From Eledone cirrhosa (Eukaryota), in contig OZ024742.1 in the NCBI GenBank assembly GCA_964016885.1, forward strand, positions 129,332,001-129,396,000: 64,000 bases of DNA, read 5' to 3'. Numbering within the stretch: the first letter of the stretch is position 1; every line of letters starts with the position of its first letter. Below the pieces are notes generated by a model, which was not told where the DNA came from, ran no database searches, and saw nothing but the letters and a program-made list of their open reading frames with translations. The position numbers were made by a program, and so were the translations under genes. Positions 38,811 to 51,895 of this stretch are shown here, piece after piece.

Positions 38811-40108
38811 AATATATATATATATTTATACATAATTGTCTGCTTGATCTAATACCTAAATATTTCTGTACAGCTTGTTATTGAATTTTTACTACGAAAT
38901 TACATTTTTTAAAATTTGTTTTCTTTCTTAATTAATTATATATACTACCAAATTATAAACCATTTTGTATCCAGAACCCATTATTGTAAAATTTGATTGA
39001 ATATTGCTACTTAAGATTGAAAAGACTAGTTATAGTCTAGATTGGTAAGAATCAATACAGTAAAGACTAAAAAAATGAGATGTTAGATTATCATAAGAAG
39101 ATACAGTAATGTTTCAGGAAGAGCTTTTCTCTCATAACAGAATCTACTCATATTATCATATATCAATATATTATGGTGGTGGATGGGCAGAATAATTAGA
39201 GCCTTGGACTAAATCTTTTGCAATATTTTGTTGCAGGTCTTTATGTTCTGAATTCAAATCCTACTAAATTCAAATTTATATTTCGTCCTTTCAGTGGGTA
39301 GATAATATAAATGATAATCAAATACTCTCTTTTACTCCTTTATGTGTTCCAATCGACTGGCTGAGGCCATGCTGGGGCACCGTCATTAGAGGCTGGTATA
39401 ATTAATTTTCTTCTCCCCTCAAATATTGTGGTCTTTGTGTCTAAATTAGAAATCTTTATATATTAACTCTTAACATCCTGTAATGATGTTAGTATAAAAA
39501 AATAATTTAGCAGAAATAATTAAAATAATGGGTTTGTTAATGTAAATGGTTATAGTATCTTTACTAGCAAACAGATCGCTGTAAAAAATTGCAGTATTAG
39601 AATAAAGAATTCAATTTTTAATGTGATGCATAATATGCTTTGTACTTTTCATGAATGTGTTGTTAATGAGGTTTCATATGGTACAGGACTTTAAGAGTTT
39701 ATGTAATTTTTATATCATGTTTGGTAAACAGTATCTCTGGTGGTTATAGGTTTCCAGTAGGCCATATATGAAAACCTTCCTAGAATTCATTTTGTTTGAA
39801 CTAATTTCTTTTTGTCATGTATTGTAAATGTACATCTTTAGATCTTTACTATTATTTTCCCTATATAAGATGATTTGTACAGAATTTCTTAATTTTTCTA
39901 AAATGCGTTTTTTTCTCCTGATTCATCCTCTTCTCGCTCTCCTCCATATTTCTATTTCTTCTTTTATTTATCATTCTATTTTCTGGTGAAATACCAGCAT
40001 CCAAAACGTTAAAACTCTTTTCCTACTATATTAAGTGTTAAACTAATATGTATCTTCATTGTTCTGTATTAGTTGCTGTGTTGTTTTCCATTTTCTTTTT
40101 GCACACAC

Positions 40109-40150
<42 letters not shown>

Positions 40151-40151
<1 letters not shown>

Positions 40152-40280
40152 AATATAGAAGAGCTTCTACAGGACTAGAACTGTTTCATTTGTGAGAAAA
40201 AATCAGGAAGCTGGCACCAGCTTCCTGATGATTTCTCACGAATGAAACAGTTCTAGTCCTGTAGATGCTCTTCTATATTA
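40151..40280. repeat. 130-bp hairpin (64-bp arms) of a hammerhead-bearing Penelope-type terminus
   Basis: taatatagaagagc...gctgg CA ccagc...gctcttctatatta. Confidence 0.9.
40220..40268 (+). ncRNA. Type I hammerhead ribozyme
   Basis: gcttc-CTGATGA-t ttc tcac gaa t-GAAA-cag ttctagtc ctg-TA-gatgc; the other arm keeps the stem I partner gaagc. Confidence 0.75.
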
Positions 40281-40379
40281 TAACATTTATACTCTGCTAT
40301 GTATTGAGTACCTTACTTACTGCGGTTACCTCTGATTTAACCCGGAATAACTTATATATATATATATATATCATCAGCA

Positions 40380-41555
40380 GCAGCATTAACAGCACCGTTT
40401 AACTTCCATTTTTCCATGTTAGCATGAGTTAGTCAAGTTGTCCTGTTGTGAGAAATGCCAGGTCAGGTGACCATGTCTTGCTCACACAGAATTGATTTTT
40501 GCTTCGTTTCTACAGCTGGATGTCCTTCCTAACACCATCCACACTTACAGTAAGTACTGGGTACTTTTTGTTGTGTCACCATCATGACCACTTTACAGTG
40601 TGAGCTGGAGGCTTCACTAGATGTATGCTTCAGCTAGTCCTCATGGGAGATGTATGGAAACGTGGGGTGGAGGTGGGGCTGGTGTACACTATATGTATGT
40701 TTCAGCTTCAGCCTGTGACCATGGGAAGACAGGTCTTCTGTATTACTGCATAGCATGAAAGATCCCGGTCCTGTGCCATCATCCAGGTGCAATTGAGGAA
40801 GGTCAGCTTTTATTACCCCATCCTAGGTCTTCCTGTGTCTCCCCACTCCAAGGCTTCCATCAACTTTAAGCATCCTGCACCTTTTTATACATCCTTCATA
40901 CGCATGACATGTCCATACCAATGCAATCTTCTCTCCTGTACACTGCATCTGATTTCTCTTACGCTTAGTTTCTTTCTCAGTTCATTTATGCTTAGCCATT
41001 CATGTATATTACTACTACTCACCCATCGGAGCATGCAAGCTTCATTTCTTATATATGCATAAAAAGGTGCAGAGCACTAGAAGTCGATGGAAGCCGGGAA
41101 GTGGGGAGACCCAGGAAGATCTGGGATGAGGTGATAAAAGCCGGCCTTACAGAATTGCACCTCTCAAAGGCGATGACACACAACCATGACCTCTGGCGTC
41201 ACACAGTAGTAAAGAAGACCCGACTTCCCACGGGTACAAGCCGAAGTTGAAGCATATAGACAATATGCCCCCTCCCCCACAAAGTGGTCGTGGAGGTGCC
41301 ACGGCAAAGAAGCACCCAGCCCATACTATAAAGTGGACGTGCAGGCGCCACGGAAAAAGGGCGCCCAGCACTCACTGTAAATGAGGTTGGTGTTAGGAAG
41401 AGCATCCAGGTGTAGAAATCATGCCAGATTCAGTTCCCGTATGAGCAAGACAAGGTCAGTCGACCAGACACTGCCCACAACAGGACAACCCAGCTAACCC
41501 ACGCTAGCGTGGCAGAACGGACGTAAAACGGTAATGATGATGATGATGATGAAGA

Positions 41556-41560
<5 letters not shown>
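40380..41560. mobile_element. Back-to-back RTE 3' fragments (40380-41050 minus, 41055-41560 plus)
   Basis: GRPRKIWDEVIKA and shared 3' UTR and tail. Confidence 0.75.
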
Positions 41561-41592
<32 letters not shown>

Positions 41593-42366
41593 TGCCTATG
41601 TGTGTTTGTGTGTGAGTATCTGTGTATGATGCCCTATCATAAATGAAAACGAAATGATTCAAATCTAATGGCACACACTAACTCAAATAAATATTGTCCA
41701 GACACCTAAACTCAACCTAACCAACCAGATAATACCACACTAGACATAAAGTAAAGAAACTAATCATATCCTTTATATCTACACCACCAAAACACACTCA
41801 CATATATAACAATAACAAAACTTATACTAATTAAAGGTACAGATGTGAGAGACATAATAAGGTTGCAGTTATCATATTATGTGGTTTCTAAACACATACA
41901 AATATATATCATCATCATCATCATAATCCTCATCTCCGTTTAATGTCTATTTTTCCACACTACCTTTAAAGTTTTGGTCTAACCTGAGGCTATGGTTGAA
42001 TGTGCTGTGTAATGGAACTGAGCCTAGAACCATGTGGTTGTGAAGCAAACTTCTAAATCACTCTATTATTCACAGTATGCTAAATATATCTCATTTCTTT
42101 CCACCCACCATTTTATTTAAACATGCCCTCTTGGCAAGCAATGTGATGGCCATAGCTAGCCATTCTGTATTCATCATGCTTTCATCTCCCCACGCCCACT
42201 TACATCATTCCCCCCCCCCCCCCCAAGCTTTACCGAATACACAAGGATTGCCCTAGTGCTGATATTGTAATAAAATGTGCCCAGCACACACTGTAAAGTG
42301 GTCTGGGCTTTAGGAAGGGCATGAAGCTGTAGAAGGCATACAACAATGAAATGTATGAGCAAAACA

Positions 42367-42508
42367 TGGTGGTGATGGTGGTGGTGTTGGTGGTGGTGGT
42401 GGTGATGGTGGTAGTGGTGGTGATGGTGATGGTGATGTTGGTGATGGTGGTGATGGTGGTGGTGGTGGTGATGGTGGTAGTAGTGGTGGTGGTATTGGCG
42501 ATGGTGCC
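42367..42508. repeat. (GGT/GAT)n trinucleotide array
   Basis: Directly visible; similar array at 50843-51052. Confidence 0.95.
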
Positions 42509-44496
42509 ATTTTCTTTCGTTTGCTAATGATATATCTTTGACAATGAAACAAAATATCTATATTTCTATTCTGATATAGGTGAACTGAAGCTACAGAATT
42601 TAATGTTTGCACATGTTCATTCATGGCAAAATAACATTTCAAATGTTGGCCTCTAAATCCATATTTTCATGCTAGATTACCTTTGAGAAATAATATTTAA
42701 GTCATGATTTATGTAATTTGCAGTGTTGAGCCAAGTTTCTATGTGACATAGTAGTTACTTAGGTGATGTAGTTATTTCTGGCAACAAACAGTTTCCCTTT
42801 ATATAACAAAAAATGCTAGATAATATGAAGCATATTTAGTAGAAATGTTAGTTGGGTGATGGTGGAGTCACCGCTTTAGCAGAAATGTTAGCTGTGGTGT
42901 ATATGTGTTGTATTGGTTGATGTGTTGTGTTGGTTGTTGTGTTGTTGGTTGATGTGTTGCTAATATAATCACTGTTGGGGAAACAATTTCTCCAACACAT
43001 TGGTGTAGAGTGAAGAGACCAACGAAGAAACAAGCCTGCTAATTAGATATTTATTTTTCACCATGGAATACAATGAATCCATGTGACAAAAATTAACACA
43101 GTAGAAATATGCAAGACTTCAAAGTAAAACATGCATAGTGTTTTGAATAAAATATAGTAAAATATAGAATTCATAGTAAAAGAAAGTATTGTAAATATAT
43201 TTAGCAGAACTTGTTAGCGGAACTTGTTAACAAGATGTCTTGTACAAAGGTTTTAAAGAGAAAGATTGAATATATGAAGAAATTGGTAAACTTAGTGTGT
43301 TATTGCACATGTTATTACTGACTTGTAATGCTTGCAGCCAGCCAAACATTCCTGGGCTGCTATCACAGCCAAGATTTGCTGTTAACAGAGAAAGTTTACT
43401 GTTTGCAGTTGCCCTTTATACCCTTAGATGATGTCATAGTTTATTTTCATCAGTACAAAATATGCCAATATGCTGTATTTTCATACCATAGAAAAATTTC
43501 ACCCAAGGATACTTTTGCTACACATATATTAGAAGTATGATAGTTAAAAGTAATTAAACACAGGTATCAAATGTAGGTAAGGTATTGAAGTAGTAGAGTG
43601 GAATGTTCAATAGAAAGCTTCATGGTATTCATTCCGGTTCTCTACATTCTGAGTTCAAACTTTGTTGAGGTCAACTTTGAGGTCGATAAATAAAGTACCA
43701 GTTCAATACTGAGGTTGATTCTTCCTCTGTATCTATTTCTCATTTCTTCTCTCTCTCATTCACACACACACACACACTCTCTCTCTCTTTTAAAAGAAAT
43801 CAGCTGTGTTGTGACCTGGAGAGAGATGGGCTCCATCAGGTTTAAATCTCTTAGGATATACTGAGTTTTACTACAGAACCCTTATGACTCCATCAAAATC
43901 TAAGGGTCCATAGCATGGTATGGCATGGCATGGATTAAATGTAGAAGATTCATGGAGGCTATAGATAAATAGGTTGAATAATTGTTTCTACTTTAGGCAC
44001 AAGGCCAGCAATTACCCAGTGCATTACTGGTACTTTATTTTATCGACCCCGTAAGGATGAAAGGCAAAGTCAACCTCAGCGGGATTTGAACTCAGATCGT
44101 AAAGGGACGTAACTATGCTGGAAAGCATGGCGTCCGACCCTCTACTGATACTGCCAATCCACCGCCCTGAATAGGTTGAATAATAATCTGTTGAGTGAGT
44201 CCCATAAATTTGCATGAATGGTAGAGAACAAGAGAGCAGATAAAATGGCTAGCTGGCTGTCTGACTGGCACTGAAGGAATTCACCCATGGGTGCAGGCAT
44301 GACTATGTATGTAGTTAAGAAGTTCACTTTGCACCATGTGGTATTGGGTTTGAGCCAGTTGTACAATATCTCAACATATGACTTCTATCATAACCTCATA
44401 ACTCCCAGTTGACCGATGCCTTGTGAATGGTATCTGGCAGATGGAAACTGTGCAGAAGTCCATCATGTGTATGTGTGTGTGTGTGTGTTTGTGTGC

Positions 44497-44547
<51 letters not shown>

Positions 44548-44935
44548 TGTGCGTGCGTGTGTGTGTGTGTGTTTGTGTGAGTGTGTGTTTATATGTGTGT
44601 AAACAAATGGTAAAAGTGAAAAGTTGTCCAAATGGTCAAATATAGATACAGTAAAGGTGAAAGAAATTATGCACTGATTCTCTGTGTCAACAAAGGAAGT
44701 CAGGATGAGGATGATGATGATAATCGTAACATTATAATGATGGTGATGATGATGATGTAGAATAATATAAAAGAAAAAAAATCTATGATAGGCTGGTTCT
44801 CTCACCAAATTGACATTTAACATCCTGAAAAAGAAGCTGACATAGGATCTTACAATATTTTCTACTATTTGTAGATATGAAAGAAAATTAAAAAAACAAG
44901 AAAAAATAAAATAAATATCATGGGGATGTTTAGAC

Positions 44936-44978
<43 letters not shown>

Positions 44979-45097
44979 CATATATACATACAGATTTCAT
45001 ATATATATATAAATATATATAAATATAAATTTAGCAAGAATCGCATTTCGGCGGGTAGAAAAAGCGAAACGAAACTCAAAATCAGAGTTATGCTGGT

Positions 45098-45131
<34 letters not shown>

Positions 45132-46357
45132 CACAAACATATGTCACACACACACACACATATATATATATATAAAAATACCTGTTGATAACGTAATATT
45201 CCTTGTTTGATCATTATACCAAAAGCTTATTGTTTTAAGCAGAAAGTAATATTGATTTAGATGTCGCAGAAACCCTCTACTGGATTTTACAATCAATTCC
45301 AAGGGTCCAGGTTTGTTATATATATATGTATATGTATATCATCATCATCATCGTTTAATGTCCATTTTCCATGCTAGCAATGTATATAATTATGTCATTT
45401 ATTTTGTCTGACCTGTTTAGCTTGACTTGTTTTTTGGCTTAGGTGGTCTATAGTTTATTGACCGCCTTCTCAGTTTGTATGCCCTTTATAACCTATGTTT
45501 ATTGCTCTAGTCTTTTAGACTATGGAGCGCTTGCCAGCATGACTCAGAATTTGCGTTACATTTCACTTTTTCTACCTGCCGAAATACGATTCTTGCTGAA
45601 TTTATATATATATATGAATGTGTTGTTTCCTTCTACTCAACTGTAGAAATGAGATCATAGGGACTGCAAAGTGGTCGTGGAGGTGCCATGGCAAAAAAAG
45701 CACCCAGCACTCACTGTAAATGAGGTTGGTGTTAGGAAGGGCATCCAACTGTAGAAATCAAGCAAAAATCAGTTCCCTTCCCACCCTTGCAAGCAGGGAA
45801 AAGCGGACGTAAAATGATGATGATGATGATGATGATGATTTATATATATATACATATATATATATAAACAGATGTCATATAGATATGAAGAAGGCAAAAT
45901 GATGTCTAGCATAGTTCAGATCTTTAAGATTCAATTTCAGTCATTGATGTTTTTGATGGGTTTACATTATATTTATAAAATATCAGCTTTTCATTGGATT
46001 CCTTCTAGGTTTCAGCTCTTTAATCTATGCTCTCTTTGCACCACTTTGGCAATCATTTTTATTTGGTTCTTGATGTTACCTAATATATTACATCAGCTGT
46101 GTTGAATACATAAAACCGGCCCAGTGCTATAGCCTTTGTAAAATGCACCCGATACACTATGTAGAGTGTGGGAACATATATGGTGTTCAGGACCAGATTT
46201 AGACCTTGGGTGGCCTGAGGCAGTTCATGTTTGGTGGGTACCTCATATAACAACACACACACTGACACGTCAAACTTTCTTTCCCCTTTTCCATATAAAG
46301 CGTGAAACTAATAAGACGTTTTGTACCTGTTTGTTGTTTCCTTGAACTATATACATG

Positions 46358-46423
<66 letters not shown>

Positions 46424-46716
46424 TATATAATAATAATAATTGTTTCTACTTTTGGCACAAGGCCAGCAATTACCCAGTGTAATACTGGTACTTTATTTTA
46501 TCGACCCCGTAAGGATGAAAGGCAAAGTTAACCTCGGCGGGATTTGAACTCAGAATGGAAAGGGTTGTAACTCTTTGCGTCAAAACATGGCGTCCGACCC
46601 TCTACTGATACTGCCAATCCACGGCCTCATAATAATAATAATAATAATTGTTTCTACTTTTGGCACAAGGCCAGCAATTACCCAGTTCATTACTGGTACT
46701 TTACTTTATCGACCCC

Positions 46717-46763
<47 letters not shown>

Positions 46764-46765
<2 letters not shown>

Positions 46766-47010
46766 TTACATATCGCAAATCCCAGGAAACCCGAGTATAG
46801 GAGAAATACAAAAGATAGTACTAATGGGAACTGCCCATATACTAAGGAAGATTCTGTCAATATAAGTACATCACAAGTCTAAACACTAAAGATGCATGTG
46901 TGAGTATGTATGTTCTTTCTTGAACATGGCGGACCTTGTTGTCTCTTGAGGTCACTGGTTGTGACTTGGTGATAACTCGTATGAACATAAAGCAAGATAA
47001 ATGCAACTGT
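46764..47010 (+). mobile_element. R4/Dong-like LINE 3' fragment inside a (TAA)n array
   Basis: IGEIQKIVLMGTAHILRKILSI* matches the R4-clade C-terminal motif; (TAA)n on both sides. Confidence 0.72.
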
Positions 47011-47110
47011 AATAATAATAATAATAATAGTAATAATAATAAATGTGAAGACTAAAATCCAAAGAGGGCTTGATAAGGATAAATATATATCAAATATATA
47101 AGAAACCTAT

Positions 47111-47242
47111 ATTTATTAAAATAACAGATTAAAGTTTAAGCAAAGAATTGGTGCATTCACCCTTAATAGGATCTTCTGAAAGATCCCGTTAAGGGTGAAA
47201 GCAGCGATTCTTTGCTTAAACTTTAATCTGTTATTTTAATAA

Positions 47243-47244
<2 letters not shown>
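47111..47244. repeat. ~134-bp hairpin centred on a broken hammerhead-like motif
   Basis: atttattaaaataacagattaaagtttaagcaaagaat... and its reverse complement; right arm reads ctgaaaga t ccc gttaa ggg t GAAA. Confidence 0.85.
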
Positions 47245-47308
<64 letters not shown>

Positions 47309-47346
47309 ACCCTTGCAAGCAGGGAAAAGCGGACGTAAAATGATGA

Positions 47347-47384
<38 letters not shown>

Positions 47385-47641
47385 AGATTCAGGACCATGA
47401 CGGCGAGCTCCAGCCGTTCAGCGTGAGTTCAGCCGTCGGGGTCCTGAATTGTTTTATATCACCCACTCTACTACCCCAAGTATTGAGTACTCTGGTGCGT
47501 TATGGTCCATCTGGTGTCTTACCACATCCTCTTTGTTCTTTTTTATATCATCATTTTTACATTGGTTTTTCCATGGGTTGGACAGGTCCTTTTCAGCACA
47601 GCATATCTCTACTCACTGCAATCCTTTGTCATTTCCTCTGC

Positions 47642-47671
<30 letters not shown>

Positions 47672-47672
<1 letters not shown>

Positions 47673-50526
47673 CGTGACAATCACCTGATCACCTATAGAT
47701 CCGGGGAACACACAAGCCAGGTAGATTATATCCTTACCAGAAGACGTGACAGAGTGTCTGTTGTTAACACTAAATCCCTCCCCCATGAAGAATGCACCTC
47801 CCAACATAGACTGATAATTAGCGACCTCATAGTCAGGACGAGACGTACTCGACAACAGAAGAGGACTATCCTCAGGAGGAAAATATGGAAGTTAAAGGAC
47901 CCCACAGCCAGGAATAAATTTCAAAGCATATTACTTGATGCTTTCGACAGTAAGGAAGAACATTTAGAGTCGGACAATATAGAGGGAGAGTGGGAATTTC
48001 TGAAAGCAAACCTGCTGTTGGCGACAGACGAGGTCTGTGGCTGGAGCAGGCCTGTAGGCAGGAGGAGAGTAACATGGTGGTGGAACAGTAAGGTGGAGGG
48101 GTCAATTAAGGCCAAAAAGCAGGCTTGGAAAGTATGGCGGGATGGGGGAAGTAGAGAGGACTATCAAGTGGCCAGGAGGGAAGCTAGGAGACAAGTGTAC
48201 TTAGCAAGAAGGGAAGCTGAGGAAAGAAAGTTCAAGCATGTTCTACAACGCGATGACCAAAAACGTGAGGTGTTCAGGATTGCTAGGCAATGCGTCAAGG
48301 AAAACCGTGATATTGTCGGGGAGAAGTGTGTACTAAACGACGATGGCACACTTGCCATCACCGACGCTGATAAGAAGGTAGCTTGGAAGTGTCACTATGA
48401 AAGGCTTCTAAATGAGGAGAATAATTGGGAGAAAGGCAGTCTCCCCCATATCGACCCAATAGAGGGACCAGCAGTGTTAGTCGAGGGGAGTATAATAAGT
48501 AAGGCAATCAAGGATATGAAGACTGGTAAGGCGGCTGGGCCTTCGGAAATAGTTGCTGAGATGCTGAAGGCATCTGGCACGGTGGGACACACCATGGTCA
48601 CCCGCATAGTTAACCAAGTCGTACAAAACGGGGTTGTTCCGAAGGACTGGCATAGCAGCATCATCGTTAACTGTTATAAGGGTAAAGGAGACGCCCTAGA
48701 TAGGAGTAACTATAGAGGCATTAAATTAATCGACCAGGTCATGAAGGTCACGGAAAGAGTAATAGCGCAGCTAATCAGAGAGAGAATTGACCTAGATGAA
48801 ATGCAGTTCGGGTTTGTGTCAGGCAAAAGTACCACAGACGCTCTTTTCATAGTACGACAACTACAAGAGAAGTACCTAGCTAAAGGTAAACCCCTCTACT
48901 TAGCTTTTGTCGACTTGGAGAAAGCCTTCGACAGAGTCCCCCGCTCCATTATCTGGTGGGCTCTTAGAAAACTAGGCGTTGACGAATGGCTTGTGAGGGC
49001 TATACAAGCCATGTATAAAGAAACAGTCAGCAAGGTTAGAATTAACAACGAATATAGTGAAGAGTTTAGCGTAAAAGTCGGCGTCCATCAGGGCTCTGTT
49101 CTCAGTCCACTACTATTTATTATTGCCCTTCAGGCCATAACAGAGGAGTTCAAGACAGGCTGCCCATGGGAACTCCTATACGCAGACGACCTGACACTCA
49201 TAGCGGAATCAATGGCCGAGCTAGAGAAGAAATTCCAAACATGGAAGCACGGCCTAGAGTCAAAAGGACTTAAAATTAACCTGGCTAAGACCAAAGTACT
49301 AGTTTGTAGGAAAGAAAACAAGGCGGCGGTCCCTTCTGGGAAATGGTCGTGCTCGGTGTGTAGGAAAGGCGTAGGTAGAAACTCCATTTTATGTCCTAAA
49401 TGCAAAGTATGGGTGCATAAAAGATGTAGTGGGATCACAGGTAGGCTAACTAAGAACATAGATTTTACATGTGGCCGGTGCTCTGGTGCAATAAGTAGCA
49501 GCAAGTGCCCACAAACTACTAGCTCTTTCAATTGCGCAGAGGGTTCTATAGAAATAGTGGACAGCTTCCGTTACCTGGGCGATAAAATCAGCAGTGGGGG
49601 AGGGTGCTCTGAAAGTACTGTAGCTAGAGTCAGAACTGGTTGGAAAAAGTTCAGAGAGCTTATACCACTATTAGCTGCTAAAGGGTTCTCACTAAAAATG
49701 AAAGGCAGGTTGTACGATGCCTGCATACGAACAGCAATGCTGCATGGCAGTGAGACCTGGGCATTGTGTGCAGAGGATATACGCAGACTAGAGAGGAACG
49801 AAGCTTGCATGCTCCGCTGGATGTGTAACAGTAATATACGTGAACGGCAAAGCATAAACGAACTAAGGAATAAATTAGAGATAAGAGGGATCAGATGTTG
49901 TTTACTCGAGAGAAGGCTACGTTGGTATGGACACGTGATGCGCATGAAAGTCGATAGCTGTATAACAAAGTGCAGGGCAATAAAGATAGACGGTAGTCAC
50001 GGAATAGGCAGACCTAGAAAAACCTGGGACGAGCTGATAAACTCCGACATCACACACTTACACCTCTCCAAGACAATGTCACTGGACCGAGACCTTTGGC
50101 GGTACTCAGTAACAGAGAAGACCCGCCTTACCTAAATATATAGTAAAACCTACTCCAGCCAGTAGGCATCTCTAACAAATACACCCCGTCCCACCACCCC
50201 CACCCGATCCACACCACCCCGTTCTATGTAAAGTTATGTTGGGGCCGCGCCATCGAGGCCGAAACAAATGAGATCGTGTAGGTGTCACGACAAAAAAACA
50301 CACAGTCCACGCTGTAATGTGGCCGTGTAGGCAACACGGTAAAAACCTCCCAGACCCACACTGTAAATGTGGTTGGTGTTAGGAAGGGCATCCAACTGTA
50401 GAAAACCTGCCAGACAGTCCTATGCGAGCAAGACAATCACTCTTGCCTCAAGTGGGACTACCCCCGTCCAAACCCATGCAAGCGTGGAACACGGACGTTA
50501 AACGCTGATGATGATGATGATGATGA

Positions 50527-50530
<4 letters not shown>
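47672..50530 (+). mobile_element. Young RTE-clade LINE, 5'-truncated, with full 3' UTR and (TGA)n tail
   Basis: Uninterrupted ORF to 50135; starts right after (TA)n. Confidence 0.96.
47673..50135 (+). CDS. RTE polyprotein fragment (~820 aa: APE C-terminus, RT, PHD finger, C-terminal domain); native start missing
   Basis: SQVDYIL, NYRGIKL, FVDLEKAFDRVP, GVHQGSVLSPLLF, YADD, CSVC...CPKC..WVHKRC...CGRC, FRYLG, LRWYGHV. Confidence 0.85.
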   Translation, partial: RDNHLITYRSGEHTSQVDYILTRRRDRVSVVNTKSLPHEECTSQHRLIISDLIVRTRRTRQQKRTILRRKIWKLKDPTARNKFQSILLDAFDSKEEHLESDNIEGEWEFLKANLLLATDEVCGWSRPVGRRRVTWWWNSKVEGSIKAKKQAWKVWRDGGSREDYQVARREARRQVYLARREAEERKFKHVLQRDDQKREVFRIARQCVKENRDIVGEKCVLNDDGTLAITDADKKVAWKCHYERLLNEENNWEKGSLPHIDPIEGPAVLVEGSIISKAIKDMKTGKAAGPSEIVAEMLKASGTVGHTMVTRIVNQVVQNGVVPKDWHSSIIVNCYKGKGDALDRSNYRGIKLIDQVMKVTERVIAQLIRERIDLDEMQFGFVSGKSTTDALFIVRQLQEKYLAKGKPLYLAFVDLEKAFDRVPRSIIWWALRKLGVDEWLVRAIQAMYKETVSKVRINNEYSEEFSVKVGVHQGSVLSPLLFIIALQAITEEFKTGCPWELLYADDLTLIAESMAELEKKFQTWKHGLESKGLKINLAKTKVLVCRKENKAAVPSGKWSCSVCRKGVGRNSILCPKCKVWVHKRCSGITGRLTKNIDFTCGRCSGAISSSKCPQTTSSFNCAEGSIEIVDSFRYLGDKISSGGGCSESTVARVRTGWKKFRELIPLLAAKGFSLKMKGRLYDACIRTAMLHGSETWALCAEDIRRLERNEACMLRWMCNSNIRERQSINELRNKLEIRGIRCCLLERRLRWYGHVMRMKVDSCITKCRAIKIDGSHGIGRPRKTWDELINSDITHLHLSKTMSLDRDLWRYSVTEKTRLT

Positions 50531-50563
<33 letters not shown>

Positions 50564-51140
50564 TATAAGCAGGTAGAGGGAGAGAGAGAAAGAGAGAGAG
50601 AGTGAGAGAGCGAGAGAGAGAAGAAGCGGCCCTATTCAAAGATGGGAAGGCTCTGTTTGATGAGGAGGGAGAAATGGGCATTTGTCCCCATATCCCCCTA
50701 TAAATCCAGCCATTGTGGTGTTTGTTGTGGCTCTTTATATTCTGAATCCATGGATGGTAGACAATTACTGGTATGGTGGTGATGGATGTCATTTGGTTGT
50801 AGCCATCATATCATGTGTTGGCAGGGAAAGTGGACGTTAGACGATGATGATGATGATGATGATGATGACAACAAAGATTATGATGATGATAACAATGATG
50901 ATGATGATGTTAACGATGATGATGATGATGATGATGATGATGGTGTTGGTGGTGGTGGGGGTGATGATGATGATGGTGATGGTGGTGGTGGTGGTGGTGG
51001 TGATGGTGGTGATGATGATGATGATGATGATAGAAATGATGATGATGATGATATAACAACTCTACAACAAGCATCACCTTGATATGTAATCAGTATTGCA
51101 TTCACACAGAATCATAATAAACTCTGCCCATAATGTAGTA

Positions 51141-51349
51141 TAGCATTTAAACCGGCCGTATCCGGCCAGAATTCTCTCACTTCTTTCTATTCAAACCAGC
51201 TATAACTGGCTGCTCATACTAATGTTAAGGTAATGTTCTCAAAATAAATATCAAAATCTCATAGATTCGATATTATGTGAGATAATTAAGATAATGCTTT
51301 TACAATAAAAATACAATAGTAAATATTGAGTAATGTAAATGCTAAAGGG
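51141..51349. mobile_element. piggyBac-type MITE lacking its left tip
   Basis: Matches 22940-23152; ends AAAGGG-TTAA. Confidence 0.8.
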
Positions 51350-51574
51350 TTAAGGGTCTGCTTCGCAATCATTTGGTAATGGGTTCAATCCCACTGCATG
51401 GTATCTAGGGAAAGTGTCATTTACCATAGTCACAGGTCAACCCATTCCTTTTTAGTGAAACTGGGTAGACTGAAACTGTTCAGAAGCCCGGTAGATTGAC
51501 TCTACAGTATTTCCAAGATCCACCCTTTTCATACAGGCTGTCATGCTGGATCTCCCTGAGAATTATGTTATGGT

Positions 51575-51895
51575 ATATATGTGTCTGTGGAATGTTAAGG
51601 CATTTATATATGAATTTCACAAACAGGCCACCCCTGTTGATCAAACAACTGGAATACATCAGAACTGACAGAAGTCCAACAACACATGTGTCTGTGGAAT
51701 ACTCAGCCACTTGTTCTTGACCAGCAGGTTACTCCTGTTGATCAAATAACTGGAACACTCATTATTGAAACTGACAGAGGCCCACAACACATGTATCTGT
51801 GGAATACCTCAGCCATATGCTCTTTAATTTCACTAACAAGCCACTCCCGTTGATCAAACAATTGAAACACTCATTGTGAAAACTGATAGACGCCT
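51575..51895 (+). repeat. Threefold degenerate tandem repeat (~105 bp) of a SINE tail
   Basis: gtctgtggaat...gttgatcaaa.aactggaa...aactgacaga occurs three times. Confidence 0.7.

Noticed and set aside
39975-40100. Penelope-like tail with hammerhead remnant
   Set aside because: The core has decayed (ctggtga...caaaacgtt); not callable
47502-47672. N-terminal extension of the 877-aa ORF
   Set aside because: Chance read-through of unrelated repeat fragments and (TA)n; RTE homology starts near 47673
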